Assembly: GCA_951406725.2 (NCBI GenBank)
Contig: OX597816.1
Location: forward strand, 136,710,001 to 136,774,000
DNA from: Octopus vulgaris
Lineage: Eukaryota
Length of the DNA stretch: 64,000 nt
Direction of reading: 5' to 3'
In this document: in pieces, positions 1 to 12,142 of the stretch
Layout: every line of letters starts with the position of its first letter
Position numbering within the stretch: position 1 is the first letter of the stretch
The notes under the pieces: generated by a model
Database searches by the model: none
What the model was told of the DNA's origin: nothing
The model's input: the letters and a program-made list of their open reading frames with translations, nothing else
Translations under genes and position numbers: made by a program

Positions 1-315
1 TTTCGGGGTCTACAAAATATGTACCAGTTGAGTACTTTGGTCGATCTAATCGACCGACCCGCCTCCGAAACTGCTGGCCTTGCGCCAAAATTTGAAACCA
101 ATATATATTTAATGTAAAGGCGGTGAGCTGGCAGAATCGTTAGCTCCCCGAACAAATGCTTAGCGGGATTTCGTCCGTCTTTCTGCTGAGGTCGACTTTG
201 TGCTTCATCCTTTCGGGGTTGACAAAATATCTACCAGTTGAGTACTGTAGTCGATCTAATTGTCCTATCCTTCTCCCCACCACACACACACGAAATTGCC
301 AGAACTTGAAGCCAA
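1..315 (+). mobile_element. Two adjacent fragments of a MetaSINE-type tRNA-derived SINE
   Basis: Head ggcggtgagctggcagaatcgttagc and core ttcatcctttcggggt.gacaaaata..taccagttgagtact, which recur at 2183, 3695(-), 45072 and 53121. The core resembles the Meta domain (GCCTTTCATCCTTTCGGGGTCGATAA). Confidence 0.7.
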
Positions 316-1390
316 TATATATTTAATACATGTTGATGCTAATTTATTAAGCGTATCGTCCATTGTCAAATAGGAAAAGTGTTCTAGATACTTTCCATTA
401 TTGACAGCTAATTTTTTTTATTTGTTAAAAGATTAGAAAATAAAGTATTACACTAATGAGACAAGGTGTTCATTGGCGGACTTTCTTTCGGAGTAGCTAT
501 CACTATCTCATTGAGAAAATTACCAGAAAAATTTACCGGAAAAGGGCATGGAATTGGATGGTAAAAGTGTTTTAAAAAACCCCCCAAAAAAAAACAGAAT
601 GAAATAAAGACTCAATTCATGGCCCTTTTTCGGCACGAGATTCACTGATCAACTGTTACAGTCGTCTCACAAGTGTAATGGGGTGTTTGGGGCTTTTTCT
701 TTTTACTAATCCGTTAGTAAATAGAAAATTGGCTGTCGATAATAAGAAAGTACCGTGTCATGTAATGATTTAGTTACATGTTAAAAATAAAGGGTTTTTT
801 TTTTGACAGGTTATTGAATAACGCAAAATTTAACCAAATGAAACCAATAATTTTAAAGCTATTCTCCTGGTGCATTAGATCTGGTGTTAACATAGTCGTA
901 GAGATGCATCAAATGGCAAATTGTTGATACACTAGCCTTAAGTTTGAAATATAAATCCACCACTACTAAACCGAACGGAAAAGGAGCTTGATGTGCTAGA
1001 AATAGTAACTAGATCTCCTTCATATGATACTTATTGACTTTGAAAAAAAAACGGGAAGATACATTAGAAAGCTCTTGACATAGAAAAAGACAGGATGGTC
1101 GTAGCTGAACGTCATTGATAACAGACTAGGTCTTTATCGTCGCTACGCTGCCGGTAAAAATATTTGCTAATCATGCATGTACCTTCATAAACAGTTCAAA
1201 GTGAAAGTCTGTATCGCGTTGTCTATAAATTAAAAGACAGAGAAACGCACACATACACATACACAAACAATAAAAAAGAATAACTATGTATCTATATATA
1301 TAGTTTTTTTTAAAGTGTGTTGTTTTGACAGACTTGCGCTTAAAATTCCCGCGTTTTAAATCAAAACTTGTTAGTTATTATGGTGGCAAC

Positions 1391-1391
1391 A

Positions 1392-1458
<67 letters not shown>

Positions 1459-1490
1459 GCTAGCTAGTTAGCTAGCTAGCTAACTAGCTA
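1391..1490. repeat. (CTAT)n/(CTAG)n microsatellite
   Basis: Directly visible tetranucleotide array. Confidence 0.95.
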
Positions 1491-2182
1491 TCACACGCGC
1501 GCACTCACTCTCTCACTGTTTCTCTCTCAACAACAAATTTTTTCCCTCCCTTCTAAAAATACGCTGTGACATATAATTTGATTCCTTCCCTTCTTCCCCC
1601 CTCTAATAGATATTGTGCAGAACAGAAAGACAAAAATTCGCTTCTCTTTTATAATATAAGATTTGCTCGAGTAAGAATGACCTGAAGCCAGGGTGGTACT
1701 AACGATGAAACATAGTAAAAATGTGGTTAAGGGATCAACGGAAGGGGACATCACAATTTTTTTTTTCCAAATCCAGATTTACCATGGTGCAAATGGTAAA
1801 CTAAAGCAATTTTAAAAAGATCAGTTAAGTGTTGAAAAATGTGCATTTCCCCTATTATTTAAGTTATTTGTAAATAATTTGTTTTACATTGATTTTTGCT
1901 ATTTAGTGTTAAATAAACAAGACTTCAAAAGCATGAAGTATCTAATGTACTGTAAAAACAAAAACAAAGAAATGCAAAAAAAAACCTGTATTTCTAAAAC
2001 AACACCCCAGCCAATCGGTTTTGCTGCCGTTGTAGTACTGCCTATAGATGACCTTGAACTTCAATAGCCACATAACACCAGGTCAGTTGGCCATCGATTT
2101 GCACGTACTAGAATGAATGTATATTTAGTGTATTTGGTGATTTTTTTGAAGTTGAACAATGAAGGATTTGGAAGAGTAAAGT

Positions 2183-2372
2183 GTTCGAGCTGGCAGAATC
2201 GCGAGCACATCGAGCAAAGGCTTAGCGGCATTTCGTCCATCTTTACGTTCTGAGTTCAAATTCCACCGCGGTCGACTCTGCCTTTCATTCTTTCGGGGTT
2301 GATAAAATTAGTACCAGTTGAGCACTGGGGTCGATGTAATTGACTTACGCCTTCCCCCGAACTTACTGGCCT
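2183..2372 (+). mobile_element. MetaSINE-type SINE copy
   Basis: gagctggcagaatcg...ttctgagttcaaattcc...gcctttcattctttcggggttgataaaattagtaccagttg, matching the other copies. Confidence 0.75.
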
Positions 2373-2389
2373 TCAGCAAAAAAGTCAAA

Positions 2390-2700
2390 TTAAAGAAAAC
2401 GTTTTTGAAGTCTGATATTGGCACCTTCAGATCTGTCAATGTCTTAAAAGGAGTGAAGCAAAGATATGTTCTTTCAGTTTTACTCTTCTGTATTGTAATC
2501 GCCGCAATACTTTCTATAAGTGAAAATGAATGCCCGTCTGGATTCTGAATCGGCGAACACTTCCTCTCTAATCACAACTATGCTGATGATGTTTCTGCAA
2601 TAAACGAATCTTGTTTGGACTATCTTGCTAAACATGCTGCAGGGGCTGGACTTTTTATCAACATAACAAAAACAGAGTGCGTGACAACAGACAAATCCCT
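2390..2700 (+). pseudogene. Decayed non-LTR (RTE-like) reverse transcriptase fragment
   Basis: Reads KGVKQRYVLSVLLFCIVI, then past a stop SNHNYADD and AGLFINITKT. These match the RT motifs GVxQG, YADD and GLxINxxKT. Confidence 0.7.
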
Positions 2701-2714
2701 TGCAAGTGCTTGCT

Positions 2715-3500
2715 AAACTGTCCACGAAGTTTCCGAAGAAGTAGGCATGTGTAAAACTTCGTGTCACATGATTTTAAAAGCAAACTGGGCGGAGGTAAAG
2801 AATATGCATACCATCCGTTTTCGGCATAACCCTAACCCTAATCCCAAAACTAACCCGAAACCCTAAACACCGGGTGTATGTATTCTTTACCTTCGCTGAA
2901 AACTGAAGATGCATCGTGTTACTACAAAATGTGTACCGTGTCAACTCACTCAAACAGACTCAGTCAGTTTGGAGGTGGTTCATCGTTCGAATGTTGATGA
3001 GAACTGTCTGAAAAGTTATAATATATGATGAAACGTGGGTGTACGGCAATGTTATCAAAACAAAAAGGTTGTTGTCGCAGTGAGTGGAATTGTCATCGCC
3101 GCACCCTGCCGCTCAAATGTGAAGACGATATTGCTCATTTTTTAAAATTGGAAGCGTGTCTTTCATCATGAGTTTATTCCATGTGATCAAACGATTGATA
3201 GAGAGTCTGACTTGGATCGACAACATCTCACGCATCACTTCTTACCCGTAATTTTTGGCTCTTGCGGCTGTCTTTTTTCTTTTAACCCCCCCCCCTCAGC
3301 CCCGGAGTTGAAATCAATTCTGGAAAATCTCCAATTTTAAATGATAGAAAAAAGAATATGCAATGAGAGCAGTACACAGTTGAAAATACATTCCATAATG
3401 CGTTCCAGAACTGGAAGAAAAAAATAAGAAGAGAAAAAAGCGTTGGAACGGTGTATTAAGAATGAAGGGAAGCATTTTGAAATAGTTAAGTCTTAACTAT
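2715..3500 (+). pseudogene. Degenerate mariner transposase remnant, interrupted by a mini-MITE
   Basis: Peptides EVSEEVGMCKTSCHMIL, MHRVTTKCVP, DETWVYG, RSNVKTILLIF and VFHHEFIPCDQTI resemble mariner motifs. Many stops and frameshifts. Confidence 0.7.
2788..2897. mobile_element. 110-bp MITE with ~25-bp TIRs, imperfect 8-bp TSD and (CCCTAA)-like core
   Basis: Left end ggcggaggtaaagaatatgcatacc, right end ggtgtatgtattctttaccttcgct. Flanks gcaaactg / gaaaactg (7/8). Loop contains taaccctaaccctaa...ccctaa. Confidence 0.65.
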
Positions 3501-3694
3501 TTCAAGTAAAATTGCAAGTAAAGCAATGGATTTTTATTTATTTATTCTTTTACACTCATGTTTCTTTTTGGACAAGTCTTGCAGCTGTGGGAGTCTGGTC
3601 TGGAAGAATACTGAATCTTTAATCTATTTCACATACAACACTCGATCCTGCCTTGTATAACTGACAAGGTAACAATATACAATCCTTTCTACTA

Positions 3695-3875
3695 TAGGTA
3701 CATGACCTGAAATTTTGTGGGAGGGGTCTAGTCGATTAAATCGTCCCCAGTGCTTGACTGGTACTTAATTTATTGATACTGAAAGGATGAGGGGCAAAGT
3801 CGACCTCGGCGGAATTTTGAAATCAGAACATAAGCATTTTGTCAGACGCGGTAAAGATTCTGTCAGCTCACCCCC
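3695..3875 (-). mobile_element. MetaSINE-type SINE copy (reverse)
   Basis: ctggtacttaatttattgatactgaaaggatgaggggcaaagtcgacctcggcggaattt is the reverse complement of the family core. Confidence 0.7.
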
Positions 3876-5569
3876 TTAAGAAATCTGTATATAATAATGT
3901 TTTGATGTCTTGTTAGTAGAAGAATGGCAAGATCGAGAGGGCGCCATTACTGGGTTATATTAGGGCACCAACCAGTTAGCCTTAACCCAGTTCTACCTGC
4001 TAAGCAATAGCAACAATTACAACCACCTCGAGCCAACAAAGGAGCATCTATAGAGTTTCTGAACCTACTAGAAATACAAGCCAAATATCCTTCAAATAAC
4101 ACGCTACTGTCTTTAAAAAAGTATTTAGTCCTAGATGCACTATGCCCGAATAAAATACAATCTGCTCGCTGTTTGTATACCTTTGATCATAGGTCTGCTG
4201 AGCTGGAACCAAACAACTATAATTCTCTCCAAACTACTAACAACACCATAACATCTCTCAGCCTTCTATTATCACCAAAACCTCCTCCAAATACGAACAT
4301 TACAACAGGCAGAACTCCACACAATTAGTTGACATGAAACACCAGATGGTTTGGGGTTATGTTGTGCTGTGCAGTAGGAAAGTGTCGGGTTACATTGTGT
4401 TGGTTAGTCGAAAGGGTAGGTGTAGAATCTCTGCACCCTCCTTTTCGATTGTGTTTGGAAGTGAAAAAGCGCAGTGTTCGAAATGTCTGTCAATCAGGAA
4501 TAAGAACAGGAGAAAATGAGGGTAATAACTAAAAAAACATTATGAGGAGAGGCTCAACCTATACACCGGTCCGGTGCCCTGGGAGCCATTGTGAGAATCG
4601 TGACTATCTGCCGAACTTCTTCCTAAAGAAAGAGAAAAAAAAAAGAATTTTGAGACGAAATCCATGTCCAGTGAAGGAAAGCAGATTTGTTCTGGTTGAT
4701 CAAATTTGGGCTTGCAATCAGATGCAGGCAGATCTAACAGAACATCAACCATACCAGTCTGACAGTGGAACCTGCCCATCTCCTCTCACTTTGTAATTAA
4801 AGTTACTACAACCACTTCTATTGCTTGATGCTGTTCGTACTAAAGATGGAGTAGGGCTTGTCTTCAGGTTATATTAGCATTGGTAGAAACAGAGCAACAG
4901 GGAGATGGTGGTGCTGCAAACGATGGTACTAATACTGTTAATTACTAGCAGCACCATACGGCGTTGAGATAAATATATAACTTACGCTAAAAATATGCTT
5001 ACTAAAATCACACACCTTTAAGTTAGCTTGCAAATATAATTATTCTAACACTGTGAGTAATGCTTCTATGAATTAATTGCAAATTAATTACGTCATGTTA
5101 CAATGACTGCACTGTTATGCAAATTAGGGCAGACCAAATTAGTTTAAGCTGTGTTTGTATATGCTATAAATAGTTATAAGCTACTATTCTCTCTTTGTGG
5201 TTCAGAAAATGAATGACCGATTTCTGACAAAGTGTAAAATGCTGAAACTAGTCATCTCTGTTTCTCTGATTCTCTTCGCTATAGTAGGACGATGGATTAG
5301 CAGAATCGTAAGAAGTCAGACAAAAAAAGCCTTGTAGTATTTCTTCCTGCTTTTTATATACTCAGTTCAAATACCACCGAAGTTAGGTTTGCCGTTTATC
5401 TTTTCGGGGTCGATAAAAATAAAATATAGGCACACCACTATCTAGACACTAATGATGTGGAACTTCTAACCCGCACTAAGTTACGAGCAGGAACCTCAAA
5501 TTTCTGCGATCTCCAGACCAGCTTACCTTGTACAGATATTAATTAACTTGTATCATTTATACTAATGTA

Positions 5570-5910
5570 AGGGTAAAGACCCCATTCGGTCATGAATGAC
5601 CATGGGATTGCACCTAGAAAGTTACCCTCCTAGACACAAGTCCGGGCAAGGTTGTTTATGGAAAACCAGCAGTCGCCCATGCATACCAGCCTCCCTCTCC
5701 ACGCCACCAGTGTTATCCAAGGGAAAGACAAAGGTCGATACAGCTTGGCACCAGTGACGTCGCAACTCATTTCTACAGCTGAGTGAACTGGAGCAACGTG
5801 AAATAAAGTGCCTTGCTCAAGAACACAACACGCAGCCCGGTCCGGGATTCGAGCTCACAACCTCACGATCGTAAGCTCGACGCTCTAACCACTGAGCCAT
5901 GCGCCTTCAC
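5570..5910 (-). mobile_element. Full-length tRNA-derived SINE with 10-bp TSD
   Basis: Minus-strand head gtgaaggcgcatggctcagtggttagagcg...tcgaatcccgg carries A/B boxes. TSD TACTAATGTA at 5560-5569 and 5911-5920. A second copy is at 22063. Confidence 0.9.
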
Positions 5911-6008
5911 TACTAATGTAGATGTACTTATATTTCCTTTAACTAGTTAAGTTAATTAACACACACACTAGTTCAATTCCACTCATTTATTAAATATCCG
6001 ATTTTTTT

Positions 6009-6050
6009 GTCAAAGCTCTTTCGTTGCTTTTTCGCAATCTCCTCAGTGAC
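6009..6050 (-). ncRNA. Minimal type I hammerhead ribozyme-like motif
   Basis: Minus strand gtca-CTGAGGA-gattgc gaaaaa gcaac-GAAA-gagc-TT-tgac gives stem I gtca/tgac, a bulged stem II and a minimal stem III. Confidence 0.55.
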
Positions 6051-7039
6051 TTCAACACACGAATTCACATAAAGAAATTTGAAAAGTAGATATAAAAAAT
6101 AAAAAAAAACGAAGTATTTAAATTAATTTGATATTTTAATTTAAAATGTGTTGATCAAGGTGATCACTCTTTGATTCCGAAAAATCAGTAATCCAGAAAG
6201 CTTTAGAACCAAACATTCCGGAAAATTGATGCTGTACATGTACCAGTAAAATTCTAATCAATTTAACCGATTGTCGATCTGTGCCATGGTAAAGCAGAGC
6301 CCAAATCCCAGCCCAACAGAAGGAATCTGACAACAAAAGTAGAGACAAACTGATCAGAGAAAACTACCGTTACAGCTATCTGTATATAACTGTAACGTAA
6401 CGCACAGACAATGCTACACAACACGCATAACATCCTATCATTCACTCACACACAACACACAATCGCTTTGAAAACGGCGGACGCCATTAAAGGGATAATA
6501 CAAAAGAAAATACATGTAATTTAACTACAGTATCTACTTTTCAACAGTGAAGATAAAAGTAAATGTTTACAAAAAGCAAACAAAAAAAAACACCCACCCC
6601 AAAGCTTAGCTTTCGTCTGTAGCTAATACCGTTGTTACTTTTGCTGCTGTTCCTACCACGACGGTGACTGCTGATATTACTTCTACTACTACAACTGCTG
6701 CTGCTATGTTACTATTACTATTAATACTATGTGTGTTTTTATCACTACTCTATTCAAAATATTTTGTTTTATGTATTGTCACATTCACACTATCACCAAC
6801 ACACACTAGTACATTAACTCGTGCATACACGTATACACACATAGACACATGCATAAACAAGTAGATTTTGCTTTTGCAACACTCCCTTATGAATATATTA
6901 AAACACAACAAATATACAAAATACGTATAAATGTAGTTCTACGTATACGAAAAAATGGTATACTTATTACAAATAAATAGAATATATAATGATAAATGAT
7001 ATATAATGATAAATGATACATACATACATACGTACGTAC

Positions 7040-7055
7040 ATAGAGATAGATAGAG

Positions 7056-7148
<93 letters not shown>

Positions 7149-7150
7149 TA
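7040..7150. repeat. (GATA)n microsatellite
   Basis: Directly visible array. Confidence 0.95.
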
Positions 7151-7347
7151 GGTATTTGTAAATACATACTCATATATATATCTATGTATTTATACATGCA
7201 CATCTCTCTCTCGTTGCTCACACGTGACCATCGTCCATCTTTCTTTTCCCCACGTGACCATCTCTCTTCCTCACGCGGCCATCTCTCTTTTCTTCACGTG
7301 ACCATCTTTCTTTTCTTGCACGACGTCCCAAGGACTGGACATCTCTG

Positions 7348-7387
<40 letters not shown>

Positions 7388-7974
7388 CTTTTCTCTTTAC
7401 GAAGAAAATATTTCCCTTAGCGTTCACTATTTTCCCCTCGTTCTGGTCTAACGACTCTCCATGTTTGTTTTTGTTCGGTTTCCTTATACGTCTCTACTAT
7501 CCTGTTTTTGTTCCTAAATTTGACCCTCCATAAATCCAAAATTTTACTTTGGAAGTTATGGGAGCAACTGTCTTCGAAGACTCATATTGTCGTCGAATGC
7601 CCGAAATGAGGAGTAGATAGACAGCCGACAACTGATGAAGGATCGTTCTTTGTGTTACTTGTCCTGGTTTCCATTTTCTCTCGTTGTTTGTGTATTCAAC
7701 TCGTTTGTTTTCGTACTTCATGTTGTTCACCGAATGTTAACCGAATACTACGTTATTAGCTTCAAAGAGTCTCTCATATAGGTACTTGGTGCATAAAAGG
7801 ATACACATAGATTGTAGAAGACGAAATTCGTCTGTCATGGGTGCCTGAACTCCCATACAACGTGAGTTCATTCTACTGAAAATCATCAGCGGAAAGCGTC
7901 CGGTCACTGCATGCCAGTCAAATCTTGCTGCTACGACATATAGAATATCAGCATTTTGTCAGTCATAAATGTCG

Positions 7975-8262
<288 letters not shown>

Positions 8263-8435
8263 GCCATTAAGAATGAAATGTCCGATTTTCTTATACACCA
8301 AGTCACCAGGTTTAACAGTCGTGAACTCTAATGTTTTATCCTGACAGTTGTTTGTTTTACATCATCACATTTCGAAATGCAATTCATGGTGTCTGATTAT
8401 ATTGTGAGTTTTCTCTTGTAAATCAATTTTTGTGA

Positions 8436-9070
8436 GACGCGGGCGCTGATGAAAAAGGTCACCCCCACCTGGTAGACGCCCAGGAAGAAAACTCCAGTGA
8501 GAAACCTGCCCGGGAAGTAAACCCAAGTGCGGGTCCTCCTACCAGCACCAAAAGCCATGGACATGGAGATAGAACCAAAAAAGGAGGAAAAACTAAAACT
8601 AAAACTCAGGGAAAACCAAAAAACGAAACAGCCAAGGATAGAAGCAAACCTAACTATCCATATACCAAAAAGGATGGAAACAAGCAACGCACACGGGTGT
8701 GTAGGTTCTACCTGAGAGGTGCCTGCTGGCATGGAGAGGAAGGTGCAGGCTGCCGTTTTGCACATCCGGGACTCTGCCGCAGTAACCAACCACCGAAAGG
8801 AAAAGGGATGGACCACGCACCACCTGCCCCAAAGCGGAGGTACGCAGATGTGGTGCGTGCCACAAACCGCCAACGTGTTGTTGAAAGGGCAGCTGCTGAA
8901 CAAGAATCTTTTTGTGCATGGCACAAAAGATTGTACAGCAGCTAACCTGGCTCCATCAAACTCAAGCTCGCAGATGGGACTACCCACAGTTCACAAGACC
9001 ACCACAGCAAATAGACCCAAGGTGGACACCACCGGCAACAGCATACACCTCACCTCGATGCTCCTACTGA
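8436..9070 (+). pseudogene. LINE ORF1 C-terminal part with CCCH zinc finger
   Basis: Frame is open 8436-8945 with CRFYLRGACWHGEEGAGCRFAH. A Gln/Pro-rich continuation (LCMAQKIVQQLTW...PRCSY*) runs in another frame to TGA at 9068-9070. Confidence 0.65.
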
Positions 9071-12044
9071 ACATCAGAGGACTACTAACACACAGTAACA
9101 GGACAAAAGTCCCGTTCTTGAGAGACTTTGTTGCATGCAATCAAGCCTTATGCATAGCACTTACGGAAACACACCTGAAACCGGACATAACGGATGCGGA
9201 AGTACACATACCACAGTATGTTGTACTACGGACCGACAGAAAAGAAAGGAGTCATGGAGGAGTTGCTATGTACATCCGTGAGAACCTCACACCCCAGGTC
9301 CTTTTGTCATACTCAAACTCGGTGTGTGACACACTAATTGTACATGTAAGGCAACTTGGTGTAGTTGTGTGTGCTACATATCGCCCTCCAGATGCCCCGA
9401 GCCATATGGGCAAGTTTGAAGACTGCCTTATAAAAATAGAAGAAGTTCTAGTCACACTAGAACAGCACAAGTTCTAGTCACACTAGAACAGCACATAAGT
9501 GTACTTCTCATGGGAGACTTCAACCTGCCCAATGTCAGATGGCCCGAGGGCCTTTCTCTCCCAGGAATGACACGATGTGAACAGGGACAGGCGAGGTCCC
9601 TCCTGAACCTCATCAACACCCTGTACATGGAGCAAGTAATACTCCAACCAACCAGGGCAGGTAACACACTGGATCTCTGCTTCACAAATAATATGGATCT
9701 CATCCATAATGTGAAAGTGACACCGACACTACTCTCGGATCACAACATGGTAGAGCTGACCATGTACGGGCCAAAGGAAAGCATGGACATGCAGCCTACA
9801 AGAAACTCTCAGAATCTTTCCAGCTTGAACTTCAATAAGGCAAACTGGAAACAAATTGAGAAAGATATCCTCAAACAAAACTGTCCTGAATGTCTCTCCT
9901 CGCCGGACATCGACATGAAACTTCAACAATTCATGTCTGTAATGCAAGCCATATGCTACAAATGTGTCCCAGATAGAAAGGCCACTATACACAAGAACAA
10001 AATCCCCAGAGAGAGGAAAATTCTAATGAGACGGCGCATAAAAATCTCAAATCGCCTAAACAAACAAATTGAAAGCAGTGAAAAGTCCCGCCTGAAAATG
10101 AAACTGTTGGAAATTGAAAACTGTCTGCAACTCTCCCATGAAAAGGAAAGAGCAGACAAAGAAGCCTGGGCTATAGACAACATAAAATCTAAACCCAGAG
10201 CTTTCTACAGGTATGCCAAAGAAACAGCTACGGTGCACTGTAGGATAGGGTCACTCCTTGAAAGGTATGGCACACTCACAGGAAATCCAATGAGGGTAAG
10301 TGAAATACTAAATGAGCAATTCAAGAGTGTTTTCACTCCACCCCTTGGGCATTTCCAAATCAGCAATCCAACTGACTTCTTTACCACTGCAGATATGGGG
10401 TCAGAGGCGGCGATGATTGATTATATCAATATAAAGGAAGACGATGTAATAAAGGCTATAGATGAGATGGAAACAAACTCAGCTACTGGCCCCGATGGAT
10501 TCCCAGCAATCCTTCTAAAAGTATGTAAGAGGGTCCTAGCAAAGCCACTGCGGTCTCTCTTTCAGAGCTTCCTTGCAACTGGCAAACTTCCAAGAAAACT
10601 GAAAGAAGGTAAAATATGCACTATTCATAAAGGAGGTAGCAGAGCGGAGGCCAAGAACTACAGACCTATCTCCCTAACCTCACACATCAGCAAGGTCATG
10701 GAACGAATAGTCAGAAGGAAACTAATCACCTTCCTTGAAGAAAATGACTTGCTGCCTGACACCCAACATGGTTTCCGACCAGGAAGAAGCTGCTTAACTC
10801 AGCTCCTACAACACTATGACTGGGTGCTGAAACAACTGCTCAACCACTCAAATGTGGAAGCCATATATCTCGACTTTGCAAAGGCCTTTGATAAAGTCGA
10901 TCATGGAATGATATGTCACAAACTGCGTGATCTTGGTATAGTTGGAAAATTGGGAGAATGACTTCATGACTTTCTGAAGAATAGAAGTCAGGTGGTAACA
11001 GCCAATGGGGCCACTTCCATTAACACGCAAATAGTGAGCGGTGTTCCGCAGGGCACTGTTTTGGGACCACTACTGTTCATAATGGCCCTCTCAGACATGC
11101 CCTCAGCCACGCAGAGAGCCACGATCACAAGTTATGCAGATGATACAAAAGTCTCACAGGCAATACAGAACCCTGAAGACACTAAGCACCTGCAATGTGA
11201 GCTGGACGAAATATACAAGTGGGCTGAAAAGAATAGCATGCAGTTCAATGCTGAAAAGTTTCAAGCTTTACACTATCAGCATGCAAAACTGAATGCAATA
11301 CCCAATGAATACACTGGACCCGGAGGGATTGCAATCCCAGAGGCACAATCAGTGCGTGACCTGGGTATTCACATGAGTGATGACGCGACCTTTCATGTAC
11401 ATGTTGCTAAACTGGCAATGAAATGTAGACGGTTGGCTGGCTGGATTCTTAGAACCTTTAGAACAAGAGAACAAGAAACCATGATGGTCCTCTGGAAGAC
11501 ACTTGTCCGAAGCCACTTTGACTATTGCTCTCAGCTATGGTCACCATCCAGTGTCAAGTTGATCACAGAACTTGAGGCGATCCAACGAAGCTACACGAAG
11601 AAGATAGCCTCTGTGCAGAATTTGAGCTACTGGAAAAGACTCAAGAGATTAAAGCTCTATTCCCTGGAGCGTAGGCGAGAAAGATATGCCATAATGTATA
11701 CCTGGAAGATCCTGGAAGGACTTGTCCCAAACTTTGGCATCGAGAGTCACACAAATGCCAGAACCGGGCGCCACTGCGTAGTACCAAGGACTCCAAATTT
11801 GCCATCAAGATGTAGGACAAGATATTGTGATAGCCTGGGCTTCAGAGGCCCACAGCTCTTCAATATCCTCCCAAAGAACCTGAGGGACCTGCATGGTGTA
11901 GATGCGGATGTCTTTAAAGTAGGACTGGACCTCTTCCTGTCAGGTGTCCCGGATGAACCAACTTCACGGCAGGAGGTGCAGATGAGGGCAGCTGCATCGA
12001 ACTCTCTCATGCATCAGATGGCGTTTGCTAAAAAGCATCCGTGA
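8974..12044 (+). pseudogene. LINE ORF2, AP endonuclease plus reverse transcriptase, with two lesions
   Basis: APE motifs LLNIRGL, TETHL, RTDR..GGVA, YRPP, GDFN, SDH. RT motifs NYRPISL, QHGFR, YLDFAKAFD, GVPQG, YADD. Broken by a 26-bp duplication (9443-9494) and an in-frame TGA at 10959-10961. Confidence 0.93.
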
Positions 12045-12142
12045 GGTAAAATCGTGTAGCAAACCAAATGGCGGTGCCCCAGCATGGCCACAGCTCATTA
12101 GCTGAAACTGGAAAAATCAAAATCAAATCAAAAAATCAACCC

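Larger units (their letters stand above)
8427..12139 (+). mobile_element. 5'-truncated CR1-group non-LTR retrotransposon (LINE)
   Basis: ORF1 remnant with a CCCH finger, ORF2 with APE and RT domains, 3' stem-loop and (AAATC)n tail. aaatcaa occurs at both junctions (8420-8426, 12133-12139). The clade call is approximate. Confidence 0.9.

Noticed and set aside
4540-4796. 84-aa and 79-aa ORFs in non-repetitive-looking sequence
   Set aside because: No recognisable domain, splice structure or partner exon.
6136-6330. Possible minus-strand host exon after ttttgttgtcag
   Set aside because: The acceptor is plausible, but no frame gives a recognisable protein and no convincing donor or neighbouring exon was found.
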